In this document: positions 30,424 to 38,093 of the stretch, in pieces
Layout of the letters: each line of letters opens with the position of its first letter
Position numbering within the stretch: position 1 is the stretch's first letter
Notes under the pieces: model-generated
What the model was told of the DNA's origin: nothing
Databases searched by the model: none
Seen by the model: the letters and a program-made list of their open reading frames with translations, nothing else
NCBI GenBank assembly: GCA_015903945.1
Contig: JABMDL010000007.1
Coordinates: forward strand, 11,653-75,652
Source: Nitrospira sp.
GTDB lineage: Bacteria > Nitrospirota > Nitrospiria > Nitrospirales > Nitrospiraceae
Direction of reading: 5' to 3'
Length of the DNA stretch: 64,000 bases
Made by a program: the position numbers and the translations under genes

Positions 30424-30614
30424 AGGGCCTCCTTAAATCTTGATGTTCTGCTTCCATCTTCGTAGCGGTTGGCAGACCCGGTGTTTCCACATAGCGGCAT
30501 CACTGTTTCCGCACTGTGGCAAATTTAACAGGCAGGTCGGGAATCGTCCATCGTTCGATCAGTTTTCATTGGTGAGACATGAGGGGCAGGTACGGGACGA
30601 ATCACCTGATCCGA

Positions 30615-31559
30615 CTAGTCTCGTCCGTGGCCGGAACGGTCTGGCCGCTCGGAACGCTCCACCCGTTCCGGCTTATCGGGCCGGTCGGCACGTTCCACCT
30701 TGTCGGGACGGTCGATCCGATCCTGACGGTCACTTCCCCCGGACCGGTCTTGTCGATCCGGCCGGTCGCGCCCGGAATCGCTCCGATCGCCACGGCTGCC
30801 TCGATCTCCACGATCGCCACGCTCACCCCGGTCACCGTCTCCGGACCCGCTCCGGTCCTCACGGAACAGCTTGTCGCTGCGTTCACCACGGCTCACCTGT
30901 TCGCGCAGCTGTTGCAGGCTGGCGCGGCCTTCTTCGAAATCCGACCCGCGCCGCTTCACTTCCCGGCCAAGGTCCAGCAGTTCCGAGGCGCGGTAGCCTT
31001 GGCGAATCCCCTCTCCTACCAAGGCGGTCCCTTCCTTGGAAGGAATGCGGCCTTCTTTCATGACCGCCAAACCCTTGGCGCCGGCCGCCAACTCTTCCTG
31101 CGTCGCTTTATGTCGGCCGTCTTGCGACAACCGGCTTAGCTCTCGCACCTCGTCCTTCGTGGCTCCTCGTGCCAAGGCTTCCGCCATCGTCTCCAGCGCG
31201 CGCTGCCGGTTCCCCTCCGTCATGCCACGTGCTTTGGCTTCTTCCAAGACTTCGTGTGCCGCTTCAAGCCGAGAGGTCATCTGCCGCAGCACCGGATCGA
31301 TGCGCTGGGGTTCGACCCCCTTCGCCAGACCTTCCTTCACCTTGTTCAGCAACGATTCGGTGGGAAGCCCCCTCTCTCCGGCCTTGCTGACTTGATCCAG
31401 CAAGGGATTGATCTCGCCCGCCGAGCGGCCTTGCGCTGAGCCGATCCGGTTGACCTCTTCCCGATCGTGAGCGGTGAGGGGTTCGGCTGACGCCGGACCA
31501 GCGGCGACCACCAAGACCCCGCTCAAAACCCACATGGTTAAATCGGTGTGCTTCGTCAT
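30615..31559 (-). CDS. Exported helical protein with C-terminal Asp/Arg-rich repeat tail
   Basis: Signal peptide (MWVLSGVLVVAAGPASA), helical core GLPTESLLNKVKEGLAKGV and a tail of DRP/DRG/ERx triplets. Confidence 0.8.
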   Translation of the reverse strand: MTKHTDLTMWVLSGVLVVAAGPASAEPLTAHDREEVNRIGSAQGRSAGEINPLLDQVSKAGERGLPTESLLNKVKEGLAKGVEPQRIDPVLRQMTSRLEAAHEVLEEAKARGMTEGNRQRALETMAEALARGATKDEVRELSRLSQDGRHKATQEELAAGAKGLAVMKEGRIPSKEGTALVGEGIRQGYRASELLDLGREVKRRGSDFEEGRASLQQLREQVSRGERSDKLFREDRSGSGDGDRGERGDRGDRGSRGDRSDSGRDRPDRQDRSGGSDRQDRIDRPDKVERADRPDKPERVERSERPDRSGHGRD

Positions 31560-31563
31560 TGCT

Positions 31564-31953
31564 CTACCGCACAATCACGACTCCGTTCGTCTGCCCGAAT
31601 CCATCAGTGACAAAATCCTCAGCCAGGGGCGGCGTGACCCACCGAACCCCATCAATCAGATACATGAAGGTGTATTCGCCTTCTTTCAGTGGAACGTCTA
31701 CGGTCCAGAGCGCCGAGCCGTTCACAATTTTCATGGGCGTCGCTCCTTTGGTCCAGCCGTTGAAGGACCCGACGAGAAAGACCTGCTTCGCCCCTGGCGC
31801 GAGCACCGTAAACCGCACACCTCCGGCCGTGGTCTTGGGCACATGCGGTGTGATCACCGGTGATTTGGCACAGGCTCCTAGGCCGCCTGACAGCATGAGC
31901 GCGATAAAGACCGTCCGGCAAAGGCGGCTGGGCCCCTTCAGTCTCATTCCCAT
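31564..31953 (-). CDS. Lipoprotein with glycogen-binding CBM48/AMPK-CBM-like domain
   Basis: Lipobox LGAC; VRFTV..AKQVFLVGSFNGW..WTVDVPLKEGEYTFMYLIDGVRW..DGFGQTNGV. Confidence 0.85.
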   Translation of the reverse strand: MGMRLKGPSRLCRTVFIALMLSGGLGACAKSPVITPHVPKTTAGGVRFTVLAPGAKQVFLVGSFNGWTKGATPMKIVNGSALWTVDVPLKEGEYTFMYLIDGVRWVTPPLAEDFVTDGFGQTNGVVIVR

Positions 31954-32006
31954 GAGCCAGAGAGTACTGAAGCATCAGGCCTGTTGCAAGGAAATCCGAG
32001 TGCACG

Positions 32007-32687
32007 CTAAATCTCCACATCGAGCACCGCATTCTGTGAGCCGAAGCCATCGCCGGTGCCTTCCGCGGCAAGGGGATCGGCGATCCACTGTTTGCCGTCG
32101 ATGACGAACATGTATTCATACCGGCCCGGCCTAAGTGGAAGTGTCACCGTCCACATCCCGCCGTCCGTCCGTTCCAGTTTGGTCTTGGCCGGATTCCATC
32201 CGTTAAAGTCCCCCGCCACCGAAACCGAACGCGCGTCGGGCTGCAAGAGCACCAGGCGGACGAACACGGTCGGCTCCAGCGTGGAGTTGAAGGAGGCCGT
32301 CTGCACCGGCGGAGCCGCCACCGGCACTTCCACGATCCGTTCCGGTCCGAATTGGATTAATCCCGCCACCGCAACCAGGGCAAGGCAGGCCGCCGCCATT
32401 GCCCCGGCAAGGTTCCATTCCAACGTTCGAGGCATCGTGAACAGCGCGCACAGGCGATCCCAGACGCCGGGAGTAACCGGAGCCGTCTGCGCTCTTACCC
32501 GGCGGAGGAACTCAGCTGAAGGAACGATCCTCGGCAACCGCGCCGCTTCCGCGGTTACCAACTCAAGATTGAGCCAGCTCCGGCGCAGCACAGGATCAGC
32601 ATCCACCGCCTTGAGAAACTCCGCCCGCTCCTCCGGCGTCAGCTCACCATCCAAGAATCGTTGCACGAACAGATCCTGATCAGTCAT
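32007..32687 (-). CDS. Membrane anti-sigma factor with periplasmic CBM48/AMPK-CBM-like domain
   Basis: N-terminal anti-sigma helix pair (QRFLDGELTPEERAEF), TM helix LAGAMAAACLALVAVAGLI and C-terminal VSVAGDFNGW..GRYEYMFVIDGKQW..DGFGSQNAV; directly downstream of the ECF sigma. Confidence 0.85.
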   Translation of the reverse strand: MTDQDLFVQRFLDGELTPEERAEFLKAVDADPVLRRSWLNLELVTAEAARLPRIVPSAEFLRRVRAQTAPVTPGVWDRLCALFTMPRTLEWNLAGAMAAACLALVAVAGLIQFGPERIVEVPVAAPPVQTASFNSTLEPTVFVRLVLLQPDARSVSVAGDFNGWNPAKTKLERTDGGMWTVTLPLRPGRYEYMFVIDGKQWIADPLAAEGTGDGFGSQNAVLDVEI

Positions 32688-32710
32688 TGATCCACCCTGC
32701 AGCTTCTGTC

Positions 32711-33292
32711 TTACTTGTTTGGGTCGAGCGCCGCCAGTTCGCGGCTGAGCTGCACTCTCCCCTTGTACACCCGCATTTTTAATGTGTCGCCGCTGACCCC
32801 AAGAATTTCTTCCATCTCCTCATAGCTCAATCCTTCGAGGTGTTTCAGTACGAATGCTTCCCGATACAGAGGCGGTAGCCGCTGAATCGCCTGCTCCAGC
32901 TCCTGAGCGATCTGCTGCTGCGCCAACAAATCTTCCGGCGTTCGCTCTTCCGCAACATGGAGATCGAGCTGGTCGTCTGCATCCACATCGTACTGCCCTT
33001 GCCCCGGCCGTTTGACCCGCAGCCAATCTTTGCACTTGTTGGAGGCGATCCGGTAGAGCCATGTCGAGAACTTCGAATCGGCTCGAAACGTCGGCAGCGC
33101 CTTGAACGCAGCCAGGAACGCCTCTTGAGCCAGGTCTTCCGCTTCAGCCTGGTTGCCGACCATCCGATAGGCCAAGTTGACGATCGTGGATGCATGTCGA
33201 TCGATCAACTGCCCGAATGCCTCCTGATCACGCGCAAGACTGCGCGCCACAAGTTGCGCATCAGTAGGATCGTCAGCCTGGTCCACCGGCAT
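32711..33292 (-). CDS. ECF RNA polymerase sigma factor
   Basis: Region 2 AEDLAQEAFLAAFK..FSTWLYRIASN and region 4 LSYEEMEEILG..TLKMRVYKGR; start MPVDQ at 33292. Confidence 0.93.
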   Translation of the reverse strand: MPVDQADDPTDAQLVARSLARDQEAFGQLIDRHASTIVNLAYRMVGNQAEAEDLAQEAFLAAFKALPTFRADSKFSTWLYRIASNKCKDWLRVKRPGQGQYDVDADDQLDLHVAEERTPEDLLAQQQIAQELEQAIQRLPPLYREAFVLKHLEGLSYEEMEEILGVSGDTLKMRVYKGRVQLSRELAALDPNK

Positions 33293-33355
33293 GGATCTGC
33301 TCCACTTACCCTGGCCCACTACCGATGGACCGTCTGCTTCGGCCTACTTGATTCA

Positions 33356-33384
33356 TTAGACGGATGGCGGGATGGAAGGTAAAC
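33356..33384 (-). promoter_or_regulatory. Putative ECF sigma promoter, copy 1
   Basis: Minus strand GTTTACCTT-N12-CCGTCTAA, 64 nt upstream of the ECF gene; identical arms and spacing at 37333-37361. Confidence 0.7.
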
Positions 33385-33408
33385 AGTCCTAACGGCGCTA
33401 AATAGGGC

Positions 33409-34365
33409 CTAGAATCTGTAGCTGGTGCCCAGCGAAACGACATAGTCCGGTGCGCCGTTTGAAACACCAACCGCCACACCGCCGTTGAACCGCCATTCCG
33501 CTGTAGCTCTGTAGTTGAACGCAAAATAGAAATCTCTGATGTTGACTCGGCCGACACGCGGCGCACGATATTCTTCGAAGTACCCGCTCACCAAGAGATC
33601 CTTCGTGAGATAATAGCCGGCGCCTACGTCATACCAATACTGATCACGCAGCACCAAGCCGTTTGGATTGCCGAGGAAGTTATAGCCTCCATCGAGGAAG
33701 GTAATCCACTTCTGGCCTAGCATTTTAGACAATTCCACCCCATAGCCGTGATCGAATTCACCGGTCCCCAGCCCCAGCTTTTCGTTCGCCGTCGGAAATT
33801 TCATACGGGCCGTGAGGGCAATAAGCGGAACGAAATCCCTTTCCTCGACGGCATAGTACCGTCCCCTCAGAACGATGTCGCCCAGACCGGCGGTCCTCAC
33901 CGTCTGACCGGCTGCGCGTGTGGTCGTTCCGCAAACACGGTCCTTTCCGCTGACATTGGACCCTTTGCCGCTGCAACCGCCGTCGTCAGCCCCTCCGCCG
34001 CCTCCCTGACCGCTGTTTCCTCCATCGTCATCGATCTGAGTCGCGTTTCCACCGACAAGCGTCGCGCGGCCATCGGTGCTGGCCGAGACGAAAGGAATCA
34101 CCAGCGTCACGTCTCCATCCCGAAAGAAACGGCGAAGCGACCATGGCGCATAGACGAACGTGCTGGTGGTGTCTGTGCCGAAATTCCCACTGCTGTAGCT
34201 GGGAGTAAACCCGATTTGCCAATTTTTTTCGGTCGAAGGCCTTTGCTCAGGCCCGATCTTCTCTTTTCCGTCAGCCGCCAGCGCTTGCGTTTGGAGTGTG
34301 GTGATAGACCATAATACAGCACCAATGACGATCCCACAGCGTTTCAAACAGATGTCCATGCTCAT
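33409..34365 (-). CDS. Outer-membrane beta-barrel / transporter-like protein
   Basis: Signal peptide, alternating amphipathic strands, GLGDIVLRGRY, GLGTGEFD and a C-terminal beta-signal ending YRF. Confidence 0.75.
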   Translation of the reverse strand: MSMDICLKRCGIVIGAVLWSITTLQTQALAADGKEKIGPEQRPSTEKNWQIGFTPSYSSGNFGTDTTSTFVYAPWSLRRFFRDGDVTLVIPFVSASTDGRATLVGGNATQIDDDGGNSGQGGGGGADDGGCSGKGSNVSGKDRVCGTTTRAAGQTVRTAGLGDIVLRGRYYAVEERDFVPLIALTARMKFPTANEKLGLGTGEFDHGYGVELSKMLGQKWITFLDGGYNFLGNPNGLVLRDQYWYDVGAGYYLTKDLLVSGYFEEYRAPRVGRVNIRDFYFAFNYRATAEWRFNGGVAVGVSNGAPDYVVSLGTSYRF

Positions 34366-34471
34366 ACTCTCGCTCCTCCTTCGTCTATACCTGATGCGAT
34401 GCGTCCTATGGAACGCAGGGCAAACTTAACGCCGAAAAGACTCCTATTCAACATGTTTGTCTAAGACGGAC

Positions 34472-34511
34472 AGAAGGCAGGATGCCGCCTGTATCAGGCA
34501 TCCTGCCTTCT
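34472..34511. terminator. 15-bp perfect inverted repeat (terminator or mRNA-stabilising hairpin)
   Basis: AGAAGGCAGGATGCC / GGCATCCTGCCTTCT with a 10-nt loop, 30 nt after the 34541-35293 stop. Confidence 0.65.
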
Positions 34512-34540
34512 CAAGTTACCCGCCGGTGAATTGCCGCTTA

Positions 34541-35293
34541 TCAGTTCCGTCCAGATCGTTCCGGTTTGTCCGGTCGCTCAGGCCGATCCGGCCGTTCAGG
34601 ACGATCGGGGCGGTCCGGTCGGTCCGGTCGGTCCGGCCTGTCGGGACGGTCGATTCTTTCCGGCCTGTTCGGTCGGTCCATTTGGACCTCGCGGGCATTC
34701 TCCCGCCCTTCGCGGCCATGTTCTCCGGCGACGCGATCGGCCCGGTCCAGCCCTCTCAGTTCACCGCCGGCATTCGATCGGAGATTTTCGCGGCGATCCT
34801 CACGGCGGTCCATCTGGCGATCCTCCCGCCGATCCTCACGCCGATCGAGCTGACGATCCTCTCTTCGATCTTCCCGTCGGTCAAGTTGCCGATCCTCACG
34901 ACGGTCCTCGCGGCGATCAAGCTGGCGATCTTCGCGCCGATCTTCCTGTCGGTCGAGCCTGCGATCTTCACGCCGGTCCGCCCTTCGATCTTCCTGCCGG
35001 ATGTCATCAGTGACCTGGGCCACGACCGTACGGTCATGGCCATGCCGTCCCCTATGGCCCTGCTCGCCGCCCTCGCGGCCGCTATTCACCGAGCCAGGTC
35101 CACTGTTCATTGAGCCACGTCCGCTATTCAGGGAGCCATGCCCGCTATTGAGCGAACCAGGGCCTCGATTGTCCATACGTACCGGCGGCTCTTCGGCAGG
35201 GCTGCTCATCTGCCCCATCGCAGGTGAGGTCAGCAACGACAGCCCGGCGATCGTCCCCAAGATGATTTCTTTCCAGCTAATACGATTCATCAT
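34541..35293 (-). CDS. Exported low-complexity protein with three repeat blocks
   Basis: Signal peptide, (GSxNSGx)x4, (RREDRREDRQLD)x~6, RGLDRADRVAGEHG and (DRP/ERP)x~12; GAGGAG RBS. Confidence 0.8.
   Translation of the reverse strand: MMNRISWKEIILGTIAGLSLLTSPAMGQMSSPAEEPPVRMDNRGPGSLNSGHGSLNSGRGSMNSGPGSVNSGREGGEQGHRGRHGHDRTVVAQVTDDIRQEDRRADRREDRRLDRQEDRREDRQLDRREDRREDRQLDRREDRREDRQLDRREDRREDRQMDRREDRRENLRSNAGGELRGLDRADRVAGEHGREGRENAREVQMDRPNRPERIDRPDRPDRPDRPDRPDRPERPDRPERPDKPERSGRN
34787..34999 (-). repeat. 36-bp coding tandem repeat (12-aa unit)
   Basis: About 6 units encoding RREDRREDRQLD, with synonymous codon differences between units. Confidence 0.85.
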
Positions 35294-35314
35294 TAATCTC
35301 CTCTTTGTCTTGAA

Positions 35315-35350
35315 GGTGACAGCGAGACCTTATTGTACCTCGCTGTCACC
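35315..35350. terminator. 12-bp perfect inverted repeat between DUF5666 gene and repeat-protein gene
   Basis: GGTGACAGCGAG / CTCGCTGTCACC with a 12-nt loop and no clear T tract. Confidence 0.5.
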
Positions 35351-35361
35351 GATGGGCCTAC

Positions 35362-36833
35362 TTAATCTTCCAACTCCGCCTCTTGCCAAGTCACTGTTGT
35401 ACCGCTCAGCTGCCCCTTAACCTTGACCACAGTCTCATTCTCCCTCACTGTGGCAAAAAAGGCTGCGCGTGTGATTGGAGAGTCATCAGTGCCTTCGAAC
35501 TGAACGCCAGTGGTATTCACAGTGACACCAAGAATCCTGAGGTTCGGATCCGCCTTCACCTGCACTTGGCCTTGGAGAACAACATCGTTATCAGGATCCT
35601 CGACCTTTATACGTGTAGCAATCACGGTGTTGCTCCCACTCAGCCGCCCTCGTACCCGCACATGCAAATTCTCTTGAAGTGGTCCATTATCTATCCTGGG
35701 TTGTTTATTCGTCATAACCGTCACACCTGGCAGTCCCTTGATAGTAAAAGAATCTGGGCCCAGAGCATCAATATCCCCTTCCAAACGCGCACTCTCTTTG
35801 AATTTCACATGTTTCGCGGTTAGGATACTGCCTGACAACCGTCCCTCAACTGACACCTTTGCACCATCAACAATATCGTCAATCGTTCCCTCCCGGAACT
35901 CAGTACTCGCGCTTGTCCGGACTTCCGTCGTTCCAACGAAGAACGTGGCAATTCCGTTTACCACAGATGCCTGTCGTACAAATCCTTCGACCTCAAATTC
36001 GTCCACGTCATTGCCGACACCCCGATTTTCCGGCTCGACTTTTGTCGCAAGCAGGGTGCCTTCAGTCTGTTGATTGGGCCCCGGCGTGAACAGTCCGCCT
36101 TTTACCTCAACGAACAAACCGTTCCAAGCATCGCCATTAGGGCCAGGACTTGGCATATCACTTAGACCAAGTTGTGGTGTGTTCGTGTAGTCCACTATGA
36201 GATTTCCAATTTTGAAGGTCTTCGGCGTAGCGCTATGGTTATGGCCGCTTACATACCCGCGCACCTCTGGTGTGATATTTACCAATTTCTTTTCGATAAA
36301 TGTTGCCTCGATGAGGCCCCCGGGCTGGACGTGACCGTTGACCTCGACATGATCAACCCCCACCTGCAATGTCGCAAGATCGCGATTCGTAATATTGTTG
36401 TCGATAATGGTCGTGCTATCGACAAGCACAGTTTGCCCCATGACTACAAGACTTGATTTGTCTAGAGCCACCGACTGCACCAATCCCTCGACCGCATCCT
36501 TTTGCCGCACTGAGGAGGCCGTATGCTTACTACCAATAAACGACCCATTGACCGTGACCACCATACCCTTCTTAATACCGCAGCTATCGTCCGATCCTTG
36601 AGCAGGCGGACCAATCGTGCATGACGTTTCACCGCTATCGTCCACCTTCACCAGCACATTGTTTGTTTCAAACCTCTTCCCAGTGACAACGTCCCGGAAG
36701 CCGAGGCCGAGCCACTGCCACTGGCTCCACCCGCACTGGCTGAGGCGGATGGCGATCCGTCACTGCACGCGCTCAATAATCCCACGAATCCGACCGCACC
36801 GAGTAGAGTGAACAGAACAGATGAATATCGCAT
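35362..36833 (-). pseudogene. Multi-DUF5666 lipoprotein, frameshifted near 36690
   Basis: The lipoprotein leader MRYSS..LLSAC and Gly/Ser linker ending SGT lie in one frame. VVTGKRFETNN..KKGMVVTVNG and the repeated DUF5666-like domains continue in another frame. Confidence 0.7.
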
Positions 36834-36861
36834 AGCTATACTCCTGTTGTTGAGTTGATGA

Positions 36862-37302
36862 TTAGGATTTCTGGTTTGGACGATCGTCCGGCCGAGCGCT
36901 AGCCGGCTGCGGCGCCTCGCCCAGGACATCCGCCGACCAGCTCACATGCGCGGGGCACCATTGCCAGACACCTAAGGTGATGATTCGCGTGAGCCCGGCG
37001 GGAATACAGGCTGTTCGGTTCATCGTCACCTCGCGGTTGATGACCCTGGTCGATGCCCCGCACCGGTTCAAATAGCGCTCGCCTGAGATCTTGTGCAGAT
37101 CAAAATGGGGGACGATAAAGGCCACGACCGGGACCGGCAGGACCGCAATGGACGAATCGTCCACCCACTCGCCGCCCGAACAATGCCCTTCCACTCCCGC
37201 TGTCCGTTTCACATCGTCACGCACGAGTGATGACGTACAGCCCGATAGCAGCAGCGCCATGGAAAGGATCAGCGCGCCAGTTTTGGTATGGATTCGTTTC
37301 AT
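36862..37302 (-). CDS. Cys-containing lipoprotein of unknown function
   Basis: Lipobox LSGC, GGAGGGG RBS and four further Cys; first gene after ECF promoter copy 2. Confidence 0.75.
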   Translation of the reverse strand: MKRIHTKTGALILSMALLLSGCTSSLVRDDVKRTAGVEGHCSGGEWVDDSSIAVLPVPVVAFIVPHFDLHKISGERYLNRCGASTRVINREVTMNRTACIPAGLTRIITLGVWQWCPAHVSWSADVLGEAPQPASARPDDRPNQKS

Positions 37303-37332
37303 GAGCCCCTCCTTCCAGCCTCGTATGCTGAG

Positions 37333-37361
37333 TTAGACGGAGAGGGCTCTAAAAGGTAAAC
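37333..37361 (-). promoter_or_regulatory. Putative ECF sigma promoter, copy 2
   Basis: Minus strand GTTTACCTT-N12-CCGTCTAA, 31 nt upstream of the 37302 start. Confidence 0.7.
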
Positions 37362-37415
37362 GGGGAAACGAGACCGAAAGAAATGGGGCCGGGAAACGGT
37401 GCGACGGGCAATCTC

Positions 37416-38093
37416 TTAGCGGATATCCTGGAAAAACATGCGGGGCAGGACCGGCAGGCGGTATTCCACGTGCAGAATAATCAACAAGACCCGCACGAAA
37501 CTCCGCCAGACACCCATTTTTAAGAACTTGCGCGCGTCAGTCACTACTGGAGGGCTGAGGAGTAGTGGGTTCGTCACCGTAAGCAGTTTCTCGCAGAAGG
37601 CCACATCTTCCAGGATCGGCTGGTCCGGGAAGCCGCCGAGTGACTCAAAGAATGACCGCCTGACAAACAAAGCCTGGTCCCCATAGACAATTCGACTGCG
37701 TGTACAACGAAAGTTATCCAAGCACGAGATCAGTTTCAGTCGCCAATCGTCGCCAGAAAACTGGTGCAGGAACCCTCCGGCTTGAACCGCATGATCCTCT
37801 TCCATGTTGTTTAATCGAAGCAGCGCCCCACCCGGCAACAGCGTATCGGCATGGAGAAAAAGCAACCACTCGCCGCTTGCCTGTGCTGCGCCAGCATTCA
37901 TCTGCGAGGCGCGGCCTTTTGTCGCCATCATGACGTGGACGCCGGCAAACGAGTAAGCGATATCGACAGTTCGATCGCTGCTGCCACCATCGACAACGAT
38001 CACTTCATACTCACCCGACTGCGTGAACAGCGCGTTGAGGGTGCCGGGCAGGGCCTTCTCTTCATTAAAGACCGGAACGATGACGCTGATCAT
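37416..38093 (-). CDS. GT2 glycosyltransferase (TIGR04283-like, rSAM/selenodomain-associated)
   Basis: ISVIVPVFNEE, VVDGGSSDRT, GRASQMNAGA, LFLHADT, YGDQALFV and EDV. Confidence 0.88.
   Translation of the reverse strand: MISVIVPVFNEEKALPGTLNALFTQSGEYEVIVVDGGSSDRTVDIAYSFAGVHVMMATKGRASQMNAGAAQASGEWLLFLHADTLLPGGALLRLNNMEEDHAVQAGGFLHQFSGDDWRLKLISCLDNFRCTRSRIVYGDQALFVRRSFFESLGGFPDQPILEDVAFCEKLLTVTNPLLLSPPVVTDARKFLKMGVWRSFVRVLLIILHVEYRLPVLPRMFFQDIR

Noticed and set aside
30579-31139. Hydrophobic-looking plus-strand ORFs opposite the Arg/Asp repeats (also 34457-35113)
   Set aside because: They are the reverse-complement reading of D/R/E codons. The minus-strand ORFs carry the RBS and signal peptides.
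34441-34469. Third ECF promoter candidate (CCGTCTTA on minus strand) before the OMP gene
   Set aside because: There is no GTTTACCTT-like -35 element at the 12-nt spacing.
34553-34999. Periodic repeats that could be mistaken for a CRISPR array
   Set aside because: The units are contiguous and in-frame within a CDS, with no unique spacers and no cas genes.
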